Below, piece by piece: positions 43,482-52,678 of a DNA stretch of 64,000 nucleotides. Location: contig JAZRXT010000156.1 in the NCBI GenBank assembly GCA_045600365.1, forward strand, positions 3,516-67,515, given 5' to 3'. Source of the DNA: Kiritimatiellia bacterium (GTDB lineage: Bacteria > Verrucomicrobiota > Kiritimatiellia > RFP12 > UBA1067). The notes under the pieces are model-generated. The model made no database searches. It had not been told where the DNA came from and was given only the letters and a program-made list of their open reading frames with translations. How positions within the stretch are numbered: position 1 is the first letter of the stretch; each line of letters begins with the position of its first letter. The position numbers and the translations under genes were made by a program.

Positions 43482-45725
43482 CTACCGCCACTGGAGACCA
43501 TTAAATGGCTTGGCGGGACCACCATCCTCATCCGAAACCGGATAGGGCCCGCGACCGATATCGGCGGGAGTGTAGTTCAGCGGCCAACCCTCCGCGGGTT
43601 TCTCGGCAAAGGCATCGCGCACCGCCTCGAACATGCCGAAGCCGAATTCACCATTCGGCTCGGCGTAAGATCCCTCGCCCCATTCGTGAAGCGGAGCCAG
43701 GCACACGCGCTTCGTGCCAGTCTCCTCCACGAACCTCTTTGCATCGCGGCAGATGCGCCGGAACTGTCCCACAGTGCGGCCGCGCACCTCGCAGCCGTCA
43801 TGCCACGGGCGATCGTCCCAACAGGTGGAGAGGTTGGGCAGAAAGTCGATACCACCCACCCCGTGCACGCTCTTCCAGTAGGGGTAGCTCGATTCCGCAA
43901 CGTCGGCGAAATCCCTGACCCCAGGCTCCTTGTCCTGCTTGCCGCCGGTGCCGATGTAGTGGTAGGTGGTGGTCTCGTCAAAGCCGAAGTCGGCCATGCG
44001 CTGCACCTCGGCAGGAGAGTAGCCGCACTGCGCCTGGAAGTAGATGCCCTTGTAACCCTTCGCGCGCGCCATGGCCCGGGCCTTCTCCAGCATCCGCCGG
44101 CAGCCGCCCTTACCGCAGTCGCGCTCGATGCCGTTGCCGTCCCACACGCTGAAGTACGGCATGCCGTTCACATACATGTACTGCGGCTGCTTGAAGAGAC
44201 TGTCGAGGCAGAGGTTGATCATATTGGTCCAGTGTGCCTCGTCACAGCCAGGCGCGGGAATATGGTTACACCACATCGCCGCCCACTTGATGTATTTCGC
44301 GAAGCGCGCCTTCTTGAGCGCCTGCTGGAAGTAGCCCTCGTGACAGTACCAATCGAGAAGATAGAACGAAATGCCGTTCTCGACCGCCCACTTGATCTGC
44401 CAGTCCAGCAGCTCGGGGTTCTCGTTCGAATACCAGCCGACCGCCGGACGGCGCTCGGGCGTCGTGCGCCAGATCTTGAGCCAATGATGGGTCTTCGCCC
44501 AATCGAGGAAGTAGAACGCACCCACCTCGCAGCCGGGCGTCTTCACTGGCTTCGGTTCTGGAATGTAGTCGACGGCGCGGGGCAGGTTCAGGGACGGACC
44601 GATCTTCACCGGCACCTCGGCAACCGCGCTCGGCGCGTTGCCGCCCGTGAACTCGAAGCGCAGCTTGAACTCGCACGGACGCGATGCCACCAGCTTGGCG
44701 CAGTGCAGCACGGAGTCGCCGCCGCCTAGACGGCAGAGCGCGCCCGCCTTCTCGGGGTTCACGATCCTCACGCCATCGGGAAGGCCGCTGATTCTGCACT
44801 TCACGCCCTCGGCCGCCAGCGTGCCCACGTTGAACACGCCCACCTCGACGTTCACCTCGCGCCCCTCGCGGTCAAGCTCGAGCGGGATCTTCGTGTGCGA
44901 GAGAATCAGCTCGGGCGGAATGCCGGGGTTGTCCGTGACGATCTTCAGATCCTTCAGCGGCAACACCTCGCCGGTTTTGCGGTTGACGACGCGGAACAGG
45001 TGAACGAGGCCATTCCATTTATCGCGCATGTTGGGATAGGGATAGTTGGCGTTCCAGCCCACGCAGCTCTTCGCGTCGAAGAAGTAGCGGCGTTCGCGCC
45101 CGTCGCCAATGAGATGCATGTGTTCGTTGACGCGGGTGTATGTACCGTCGCCGGCGATCCACTCGATATCGGCCCACGCGGTGCGGTACTGCGGCGGCAC
45201 GGTGAACACCGCACCACCCGTTCCCTTGACGGCAGTGCCCACAGGCGTGAGCGAAACATCCATGCGCTCGATAGCGATGCGGGTGAAGGCGGTCTTGACC
45301 GCGCGGTCGGCCGGCATGTCGATGCGGATGGACACCACCTTGGGCTGCCCGCCCCAGAACGGACGAATCCTGTACTCGTGCCACTTGCCGTCGCCGATCC
45401 ACTTGAACGACTGCGCGAGCGACTGCGGGGCGGCGCGATCGCCGGGGCGGCTGTAGAAGAGTTCGCCCTTGCCACCCACCGTGGTACGCGCGCGAAACAC
45501 CACCTCGTGGAGATTCGACGGCTTCTCCAGGTCGAAGGCCGGGCTGGTGATGAACGGGTCGAGTCCAGCGGAAGCGTAGAACACGCCATCGGGCATATTG
45601 GTGGGCGTGCACTGGTGGCTCCACCAGCCGCGGTGCAGCGCCTCGCCCTTCCACTCGTATGTGTCGGCCGCGCCGGCGCACAATGCGGTGCAGACGGCCA
45701 GAATAGGTAGTATCAACTTGCTCAT
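43482..45725 (-). CDS. Secreted TIM-barrel glycoside-hydrolase-like protein (GHL/family-10-like)
   Basis: ATG at 45725 with SD TGGAGGTAC, and signal MSKLILPILAVCTALCAGAA. A C-terminal (beta/alpha)8-like region reads YLLDWYCHEGY...YFSVWDGNG...GIYFQAQ. The family is not assigned. Confidence 0.5.
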   Translation of the reverse strand: MSKLILPILAVCTALCAGAADTYEWKGEALHRGWWSHQCTPTNMPDGVFYASAGLDPFITSPAFDLEKPSNLHEVVFRARTTVGGKGELFYSRPGDRAAPQSLAQSFKWIGDGKWHEYRIRPFWGGQPKVVSIRIDMPADRAVKTAFTRIAIERMDVSLTPVGTAVKGTGGAVFTVPPQYRTAWADIEWIAGDGTYTRVNEHMHLIGDGRERRYFFDAKSCVGWNANYPYPNMRDKWNGLVHLFRVVNRKTGEVLPLKDLKIVTDNPGIPPELILSHTKIPLELDREGREVNVEVGVFNVGTLAAEGVKCRISGLPDGVRIVNPEKAGALCRLGGGDSVLHCAKLVASRPCEFKLRFEFTGGNAPSAVAEVPVKIGPSLNLPRAVDYIPEPKPVKTPGCEVGAFYFLDWAKTHHWLKIWRTTPERRPAVGWYSNENPELLDWQIKWAVENGISFYLLDWYCHEGYFQQALKKARFAKYIKWAAMWCNHIPAPGCDEAHWTNMINLCLDSLFKQPQYMYVNGMPYFSVWDGNGIERDCGKGGCRRMLEKARAMARAKGYKGIYFQAQCGYSPAEVQRMADFGFDETTTYHYIGTGGKQDKEPGVRDFADVAESSYPYWKSVHGVGGIDFLPNLSTCWDDRPWHDGCEVRGRTVGQFRRICRDAKRFVEETGTKRVCLAPLHEWGEGSYAEPNGEFGFGMFEAVRDAFAEKPAEGWPLNYTPADIGRGPYPVSDEDGGPAKPFNGLQWR

Positions 45726-45763
45726 GGGAGCGTACCTCCAGATTTCAGGTTGGGTGGGGAGCG

Positions 45764-46708
45764 TCAACGAACCTTAAGACCGTCGACTTCGATTTCAAAA
45801 AGCCATTCGTCGCGACAGACGTCGCAGACCGTCTCGGCGCCAAGACCAACCGAGAGACCATGCCGGGCGAGCCACGCACGCCAGGAGGGGAGAAACTCGG
45901 GCTTCTTCAGGTAGACGATAGCGCGAGGCACGTCCTTCCAGTCGTAGCCGCGGCTGGCCAGAATCGCGTGGACTGCATTCATAGTACAGTCTATCTGGCG
46001 ATCGATGTCGCCCACATACGCCACCTCATGCGAATTCGGCCTGATGGAGGCGGTACCGCTGATGAAGAGACGTCGCCAGGTGGGTGCGACTATTTCCGCC
46101 GCCCGGCTGAAACTAGACTTGTACGCCATTGCAGGTGCCTGCAGCGGCGACTCGACGAGTTCGGCGCGAATGCCGCCGTGCTTCGGCTTCATGGCGATTG
46201 CACCGGCCGCGATCGCCGCACCGTCGAGATTGGCGGACCCGATTCCGGTGGAGGCAGGGAGAAAGGTCTCAAACACGCGACGGCTCTCAAAGAAGGCGCT
46301 GCGGGCGGCATTGAATTCGGCATACCATTCGCATACCCGATCGATGAAGAGCCAGGTACGGATGACATTGGAGAAATCCATCTTCGCCTCGGACAGTATC
46401 GACTCGAGCTCGGGGAACACTGCCGCCGCCTGGACGCCGCGAGGCGCGGAGCGGTCGGGCGGCAGCACGCCGGCGGCCATCAGGTACACGGCGTCGTTAT
46501 CCTCCCAGACGCTCGCCACCGCACGCCCACCGCGCACTATCTGGCGCGTTCCCGCTACGGGAACGAAATCAAACGGAACGACTACAGGCGACAGACCGCC
46601 GCCATCGCACACAAGACGGAACGACGGCGTGGAAGCTGCGGCTCTCGCCTTCACTTCTGATCCAGTTCCCCAGAGGAACCTGGCGGACGATGTTGCTTCT
46701 GGTGACAT
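45764..46708 (-). CDS. Tandem YjgF/RidA-fold protein of the FkbO/Hyg5 chorismatase-like ('pteridine-dependent deoxygenase-like') family
   Basis: There are two RidA-like halves. The N-terminal half reads NVIRTWLFIDRVCEWYAEFNAARSAFFESRR. The C-terminal half reads RLFISGTASIRPNSHEVAYVGDIDRQ...AIVYLKKPEFLPSWRAW...DEWLFEIEVDG. The overall length is ~314 aa. Confidence 0.4.
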   Translation of the reverse strand: MSPEATSSARFLWGTGSEVKARAAASTPSFRLVCDGGGLSPVVVPFDFVPVAGTRQIVRGGRAVASVWEDNDAVYLMAAGVLPPDRSAPRGVQAAAVFPELESILSEAKMDFSNVIRTWLFIDRVCEWYAEFNAARSAFFESRRVFETFLPASTGIGSANLDGAAIAAGAIAMKPKHGGIRAELVESPLQAPAMAYKSSFSRAAEIVAPTWRRLFISGTASIRPNSHEVAYVGDIDRQIDCTMNAVHAILASRGYDWKDVPRAIVYLKKPEFLPSWRAWLARHGLSVGLGAETVCDVCRDEWLFEIEVDGLKVR

Positions 46709-46717
46709 ACACCCTTT

Positions 46718-46726
46718 ATTATACCA
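46718..46726 (-). promoter_or_regulatory. Extended -10 TGGTATAAT only ~10 nt upstream of the ATG at 46708 (leaderless candidate)
   Basis: The plus strand reads tttATTATACCAaatc. Confidence 0.35.
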
Positions 46727-46785
46727 AATCTTACAGACTTAAAGAAGATTAAAAGATTAAAAAGTCGAATATGGAGATTAGAAGT

Positions 46786-47577
46786 CTAGATGGTCAAGCC
46801 CAAGCAACTGAAGGCATTGGCCGTCGTGCGGTCTGCGAGATCCTGAGCGGAAACTCCGCGTAGATCGGCCAGGAAACGGCAGGTATGCACAAGGAAAGAC
46901 GGCTCATTGGGGTTGCCGCGCATCGGCACTGGTGCCAGATAGGGTGAATCGGTCTCGATCAGCAGACGGTCATCCGGCACCACCAACGCCGATTCTCGCA
47001 CATTGTCCGCCGCTCTGAAGGTGACTATTCCCGAGATTGAAATGTAGAATCCGAGATCCAGCAGCTGCTTCGCATACGAGGGAGTGCCGGTAAAACAATG
47101 GATGATTCCGCGAGACGGTATGGAACGCAGGGCGCCGAGCGTATCGTCGTCGGCATCGCGGGTATGGATGACCACGGGCAGGTCAAGCGAACTGGCCAGT
47201 TCGAGCTGGCGTTCGAAGAGCACCAGCTGGGCGGCTCGGGTCTCAGGAGAGTAATGATAATCAAGCCCGATTTCGCCGACGGCGGAGACGGTGGACAGCT
47301 GGGCGGCAGACAGCATCGCTACCGTGCGTCCCGGCGCCTCCGGCGCTGTAGGGTCGACGCACGCAATCTGGTCGCGATCGCGTCCGAGCGCCAGCCGACA
47401 TCCGAACCGGTGCGCAGCGAGTGCGCCGGCATCAAGCGCGGGACTGCCGCCCACCGCCATCACATGTTCCACACCGGCCGCACGGGCGCGGTCGAGAAGA
47501 ACCTTGACCTCGTCCGGGTCTGCGCTCTCGAAATGGCAGTGGGTGTCGAAAAGCCCGTGCAGGGGTTCCTGCATCAT
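46786..47577 (-). CDS. tatD: TatD-family metal-dependent hydrolase/DNase
   Basis: LFDTHCHF, the TIM-barrel metal ligands (GEIGLDYH, HTRDA, HCFTG, DSPY) and a 263-aa length. Confidence 0.85.
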   Translation of the reverse strand: MMQEPLHGLFDTHCHFESADPDEVKVLLDRARAAGVEHVMAVGGSPALDAGALAAHRFGCRLALGRDRDQIACVDPTAPEAPGRTVAMLSAAQLSTVSAVGEIGLDYHYSPETRAAQLVLFERQLELASSLDLPVVIHTRDADDDTLGALRSIPSRGIIHCFTGTPSYAKQLLDLGFYISISGIVTFRAADNVRESALVVPDDRLLIETDSPYLAPVPMRGNPNEPSFLVHTCRFLADLRGVSAQDLADRTTANAFSCLGLTI

Positions 47578-47837
47578 TTCGCCCTGGCGAGTTCGCGAAG
47601 ACGCGCCAGCACCGAGCCAATCATCTCTATGAGCGAAGCGGACTCGAAACGGTCGATGTAGCCATCGGCGAGAAATCCGTCCAGCTTGGCGATCAGACGA
47701 TCGAACTCCTCCCCAGAACGATGTTCCTCAAGCCAGCGCTTGATCACCATGGCCTCTTCGCGATCAACGCGCGAGTCCTGCAGGATGCCCTTCGTGAGCA
47801 TCCAGAACTCGCGGCTTCCCTCTTCCTTCGTTAGCAT
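47574..47837 (-). CDS. Small hypothetical helical protein (87 aa) translationally coupled to tatD
   Basis: SD AAGGAAG. Its stop overlaps the tatD ATG (ATGA). Confidence 0.45.
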   Translation of the reverse strand: MLTKEEGSREFWMLTKGILQDSRVDREEAMVIKRWLEEHRSGEEFDRLIAKLDGFLADGYIDRFESASLIEMIGSVLARLRELARAK

Positions 47838-47895
47838 CTTTTCACTTCCTTTTCTTTAGGTTTCAAAACTACTTAATCCATTAAACTTGGACATT

Positions 47896-50742
47896 TCAGA
47901 GGAACCTGCCGGTGATGGAACGGGGGCAGGCCTTGATGGCGGCAATCGGTCCCTCGGCAACAAGTTCGCCGCCTGCGTCGCCACCGCCGGGGCCAAGGTC
48001 GATTATCCAGTCGGCGCAACGCATCACATCCACATTGTGTTCGATCACCACCACAGTGTTGCCGGCCTCCCGAAGACGAAGCAATAGACGCATTAGCTTG
48101 GCCACGTCGTCGAAGTGAAGGCCGGTGGTGGGCTCGTCCAGAAGATAGAGCGTACGCCCCGTGGAACGACGCGAGAGCTCGGTTGCGAGCTTGATGCGCT
48201 GCGCCTCGCCGCCAGAAAGCGTGGTGGCGCTCTGCCCGAGGCCGATATAGCCCAGCCCCACGTCCACCAGCGTCTTGAGCTTGGCCGCCAGCTTCGGCAC
48301 CTTCTCGAAGAATGCGAATGCCTCGGCCACGGTCATGTCGAGTACGTCGGCGATAGTCTTGCCGCCATACTTCACCTCGAGGGTCTCGCGGTTGAAGCGT
48401 CTGCCGCCGCACTGTTCGCAGGTGACATAGACATCGGGGAGAAAACTCATCTCGAGCTTGCGTACGCCGTCGCCGCCGCAGGTCTCGCAGCGGCCACCCT
48501 TGACGTTGAAGCTGAACCGGCCGGCGGTGTAGCCGCGGGCGCGGGCGCCCTCGGTACGGGCAAAGAGCTCTCGGATGTCGGAGAAGAATCCGACATAGGT
48601 GGCAGGATTCGAGCGAGGAGTGCGTCCGATCGGGGACTGGTCGATCTCGACGATCTTGTCGAAGGCATCATCGCCCCTGATCGAGCGGAACTTACCGGGG
48701 GCTGCCTTCGCGTGGTAGAAGCGCCGCATCAGCTCGCGCTTGAGCGTCTCGTCGATCAGCGTGGACTTGCCACTGCCTGACACGCCGGTGACCACGGTGA
48801 ATGAACCGACAGGTATCTTCACCGAAATGTTCTTCAGGTTGTGCTCGCAGCAGCCGGAGATAGTAAGGAACTTCCTGGTAGTCGGATGCTTGCCATCAGA
48901 GGAGATAGCGCGGCGCCCGTTAAGATAGTCGGCGGTGAGCGTGTTGCTTTGCATCAGGCCCGCGAAGTCCCCCTGGTACATCACCCTGCCTCCCTCGCGC
49001 CCGGCACCAGGGCCAAGATCGACGATCCAGTCCGCAGTGCGCATCATCTCGCCGTCATGTTCCACCACCACCACGGTGTTGCCGCGGTCGCGCAGCGCCG
49101 AAAGCATGGCGATGAGCTTCTCGTTGTCGCGGGGATGCAGGCCGATCGTCGGCTCATCGAGAACGTACAGGACGCCAGTGAGGCCGCTTCCAATCTGGGA
49201 GGCAAGACGAATACGCTGCATCTCGCCGCCTGAAAGCGACGACGACGAACGGTCGAGGGTGAGATAGTCGAGACCAACGTCGTTGAGAAAGCCCAATCGC
49301 TTGACAATTTCCCGGAGAATGTCCTTCACCACCTTGCGATCCACGTCGGAAAGCACGTTACCCCGCGAAAGCGAATCGAAGAACGCAAGCGATTCCTTCA
49401 CCGGCATGGCCATGACCTCGACGATGGTCTTGCCGGCAACCGTGGCGGCACGGGACTCGGGGCGCAGACGAGAACCGTGGCAGGACGGGCACTGGCGAAA
49501 ACTCTGATAGGCCTCGAACTTCTCACGTCGCTCGTCGCTTTCAGCGTTCTCCATCATCCGCTTCACGGTGTCAAGCACGCCCTCAAAGGGCTTGTCCTCC
49601 TTGCGCCAGGGCAGAATCAGGTCATCGCTGAAACCATGCATGAGCCCACGGCGGAAGGAGGCGGGGAGCTTCTCGTACGGGGTGTCGAGCTTCACCTTGT
49701 ACTGCTTGGCGATACGAGCAAGTATCTCATTGTAGTACATGATCGCCATGTGTCCAGCCCGCCGCCACGGGTGGATGCACTCGCGCAGAGGGAGAGTCTT
49801 GTCAGGCACGACCAGATCCTCGTCGAAATAGTAGATCTGCCCCAGGCCACCGCAGTCGGGGCAGGCGCCGAATGGCGAGTTGAACGAGAACGAGCGCGGC
49901 TTCAGCTCATCAAAGGACAGCCCGCAGTCCAAGCAGGCATTCTTCTCGGAGAACGTCAGGCAATTCGCGGGCTGGGGGTTGGCGCCATTGGGAGTTTCGA
50001 CGAAGATGCTGCCGTTGCCGGTCTTGAGACCAAGCTCCACGGAATCAGTTAGACGGGTGAGAAACTCCTTCCCAGCCACACGCTCCCCCGATTCCGCAGC
50101 TTCATGTTCGGGAATAACCAAACGATCGACCACGACGTCGATGGAATGGTTTTTCTTCTTGTCAAGGGCCGGGACTTCCTCCAGAGAATACATGGTGCCG
50201 TCCACACGCACACGCGTGAAGCCACCACGCTGGATGGCGGCAAGCACGTCCTCATGGCGTCCCTTGCGCCCCTGCACAACAGGCGCGTAGATGATCATCT
50301 TCGTGCGGGAGGGGAGTTTCAGGAGTGCGTCGACAATCTGTTCGGCGCTTTGCCGAACCACGGGGCGGCCACACTTCGGACAGTGCGCGACTGCAATCGA
50401 ACCATATAGCAGACGCAGATAGTCGTGAATCTCAGTGACCGTGGCGACGATGGAACGCGGATTGCCGCCAGAAGTGCGCTGCTCAATCGCGATCGCGGGG
50501 GAAAGACCATCGATGCGCTCCACATCAGGCTTCTGCATCTGATCAAGAAACTGTCGGGCGTATGCACTGAGCGATTCCACATAGCGGCGCTGTCCCTCGG
50601 CATAGAGCGTATCGAACGCAAGCGACGACTTGCCGCTGCCCGAGAGTCCCGTCACAACTGTCAGCGAATTTCTCGGAATGCTGACATCAATGCCCCGCAG
50701 ATTGTGGGTTCGGGCGTTGGTTATCTCGATTGAGGACGGCAT
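47896..50742 (-). CDS. uvrA: Excinuclease ABC subunit A
   Basis: It is 948 aa with two ABC ATPase modules ([24 protein letters not shown]) and zinc-finger Cys pairs. It is a canonical UvrA. Confidence 0.95.
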   Translation of the reverse strand: MPSSIEITNARTHNLRGIDVSIPRNSLTVVTGLSGSGKSSLAFDTLYAEGQRRYVESLSAYARQFLDQMQKPDVERIDGLSPAIAIEQRTSGGNPRSIVATVTEIHDYLRLLYGSIAVAHCPKCGRPVVRQSAEQIVDALLKLPSRTKMIIYAPVVQGRKGRHEDVLAAIQRGGFTRVRVDGTMYSLEEVPALDKKKNHSIDVVVDRLVIPEHEAAESGERVAGKEFLTRLTDSVELGLKTGNGSIFVETPNGANPQPANCLTFSEKNACLDCGLSFDELKPRSFSFNSPFGACPDCGGLGQIYYFDEDLVVPDKTLPLRECIHPWRRAGHMAIMYYNEILARIAKQYKVKLDTPYEKLPASFRRGLMHGFSDDLILPWRKEDKPFEGVLDTVKRMMENAESDERREKFEAYQSFRQCPSCHGSRLRPESRAATVAGKTIVEVMAMPVKESLAFFDSLSRGNVLSDVDRKVVKDILREIVKRLGFLNDVGLDYLTLDRSSSSLSGGEMQRIRLASQIGSGLTGVLYVLDEPTIGLHPRDNEKLIAMLSALRDRGNTVVVVEHDGEMMRTADWIVDLGPGAGREGGRVMYQGDFAGLMQSNTLTADYLNGRRAISSDGKHPTTRKFLTISGCCEHNLKNISVKIPVGSFTVVTGVSGSGKSTLIDETLKRELMRRFYHAKAAPGKFRSIRGDDAFDKIVEIDQSPIGRTPRSNPATYVGFFSDIRELFARTEGARARGYTAGRFSFNVKGGRCETCGGDGVRKLEMSFLPDVYVTCEQCGGRRFNRETLEVKYGGKTIADVLDMTVAEAFAFFEKVPKLAAKLKTLVDVGLGYIGLGQSATTLSGGEAQRIKLATELSRRSTGRTLYLLDEPTTGLHFDDVAKLMRLLLRLREAGNTVVVIEHNVDVMRCADWIIDLGPGGGDAGGELVAEGPIAAIKACPRSITGRFL

Positions 50743-50785
50743 AGACGGTTAAATGGTTTAATAGTTAAATGATTAGATTGGGGGA

Positions 50786-52663
50786 CTAATAGAAGAGAAG
50801 TATGTTGGAGGAGGAGGAGAGTTGGAGAAGCGCACGTTCGGCAAAGGCGCGCACGCTTTCGCGGGCGGCACCTGGGCGAGCCAGCGCGGAGAAGACCTTC
50901 TCGGCGTCAGCGGTACGTCCGCCATTGGCAAGCGCGACGCCAAGGCGAGCACGGGCGTCATCGGCTGGATGCAGTCGGGCCGGGGCCTTGGCGGCGAGAT
51001 AGAGCCACCGCACCGCCTCATCCCATTTCCGCTCCTTCAGCGCCGTCATTCCCAGCGCCTCGAGCATCAGGCCCTTGCGATCCGAGGCTGGATCCGCCAC
51101 CGCCGAACGACAGCATTGGCGAATCTCGGCAGAATCATCGGCACGCCCACGGGTCGCGAGCGCAAATGCCAGCTGGGCAGCAGTTCCCACGTTCCACTCC
51201 AATTCCAGGCTACGGCGGAAATGGGCAATGCCGTCGTCGAACCTCCCGAAGCGAGCGCACTCTTCACTGGCAACATGGGAAAAGGCGCGGGCGTGAACGT
51301 CGTCGCATTCCAGCACGCGCGAGAAAAGAGTATAGTCATTGCGCCAATAGCCAACCTGCCGCCAGGTAATGGCCATCAGCACCAGAACAAGGACACCTAG
51401 CGGATATTTAACCCTGGCCATGAAGCGCCGTGATCTGGAAATCCCCGGCCCCATAAGCTTTAAAGCCTGAAACAGAGCAATAGACACTGCCATGCTGGGA
51501 ATGTAGGTGAATCGGTCAGCGTAGGCCTCGCGCCCGAAACTGCCAAACAATCCGAGCACCGGGGTGACGGACGCGAGGAAAAACAAGGCGACCGCGAGCA
51601 GGACAATGCCCGTACGCCAGCGCTCGTTGACTTCATTCGGAATCGTCGCCCGCGAGACATTGCGCACCAGAAGGGACATCAGGGGAACGGCGACGACCGC
51701 ATAGCCAGCCAGGGCGGCCAGCCAGCGCGACCATGGCACACCACCCACGGGGAACGGCACATCGGCATGAAGAGCGAGCGGAATCAGATGGGCAAACAGG
51801 TATGTGCCGAGCGCAGTGAAGGAATTGGCCAGACGGAGACCAAATCCCGCAGTGTAGAGGCGGCGTACATCATAGCCGTCGGCGTGGGTCTGGGAGTAGA
51901 CAGCAATCGCGCCCGTGGCCGCCGCCATCAGAAGGAGCGGCAGATAGCGGGCAACGGCGGCGACCAATGAACGACGCCCGGCCGAAGAGGGTCGACTGCC
52001 AAATGCGAGTTCGACCGCGAAGGCGAGAAACGGAAAACACATTGCGGTTGGCTTGGATAGACACGCCGCCGCGCAACAGAGCATCCCCACGAACCATGCA
52101 CGCCGATTCCACGCCAGCAGTCCGAGCAGAACGAATAAACCGCACAGAAGCTCCTTCCGTCCGGCAATCCAGCACACCGGCTCGACACGAAGCGGGTGCA
52201 GCGCCCAGAAGGCCGCTGCAACGAAGGCACACACCTGAGCGGCACGATGCCTCGGGGAGTCCTCTGCGCCCCACAGCCCCAGCAGCAGCCGGAAGAAGAG
52301 AAAGGCATTGGCTGCATGGATGGCGACATTGATGAGGTGATGCTGCGCCATGCCGGCACCGAACGCAGATATCCCGAGCATGTAGCTCAAGTAGGTCAAT
52401 GGCATCCAGATGGCGGCATGTCGCAGATTGGAGAACGCCTCGCAGAGATTTCGCCAGGAGAAGCCGTCCTTTACAAACGGACAGAGAAACGTGTAGTCGT
52501 GATCGTCAAGCCGGACGAACTCGAAAAAACCGCAGCGGGCGAAGATCGCCACCACGACCACGACCAGAACCACGCCGAGGACACGGAAGGTAATCCAGCG
52601 CCCCAGCGCGCTGGCGTAGCCTTCCCCAGACGACTGGGTTGCGTGCGTAGGCGAGGAACCCAT
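50786..52663 (-). CDS. Polytopic membrane GT-C-fold glycosyltransferase-like protein (PMT/ArnT-type) with C-terminal TPR repeats
   Basis: The N-terminal ~400 aa carry >=10 TM helices. The C-terminus has TPR-like repeats (AFALATRGRADDSAEIRQ..., AKAPARLHPADDARARLGVALANGGRTADAEKVF). Confidence 0.5.
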   Translation of the reverse strand: MGSSPTHATQSSGEGYASALGRWITFRVLGVVLVVVVVAIFARCGFFEFVRLDDHDYTFLCPFVKDGFSWRNLCEAFSNLRHAAIWMPLTYLSYMLGISAFGAGMAQHHLINVAIHAANAFLFFRLLLGLWGAEDSPRHRAAQVCAFVAAAFWALHPLRVEPVCWIAGRKELLCGLFVLLGLLAWNRRAWFVGMLCCAAACLSKPTAMCFPFLAFAVELAFGSRPSSAGRRSLVAAVARYLPLLLMAAATGAIAVYSQTHADGYDVRRLYTAGFGLRLANSFTALGTYLFAHLIPLALHADVPFPVGGVPWSRWLAALAGYAVVAVPLMSLLVRNVSRATIPNEVNERWRTGIVLLAVALFFLASVTPVLGLFGSFGREAYADRFTYIPSMAVSIALFQALKLMGPGISRSRRFMARVKYPLGVLVLVLMAITWRQVGYWRNDYTLFSRVLECDDVHARAFSHVASEECARFGRFDDGIAHFRRSLELEWNVGTAAQLAFALATRGRADDSAEIRQCCRSAVADPASDRKGLMLEALGMTALKERKWDEAVRWLYLAAKAPARLHPADDARARLGVALANGGRTADAEKVFSALARPGAARESVRAFAERALLQLSSSSNILLFY

Positions 52664-52678
52664 TGGCTACACCCCTAA

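Noticed and set aside
43440-44729. 429-aa plus-strand ORF and several 100-270-aa ORFs overlapping the 43482..45725 glycosidase
   Set aside because: They are Arg/Ala-rich antisense or out-of-frame ORFs without start signals.
46709-46785. Possible terminator or repeat (AAGATTAAAAGATTAAAAAG, AGACTT...AAGTCT) after tatD
   Set aside because: The inverted segments are ~40 nt apart with an AT-rich loop and no U-tract, so this is not a convincing intrinsic terminator. It is probably just the AT-rich promoter region of the neighbouring leaderless gene.
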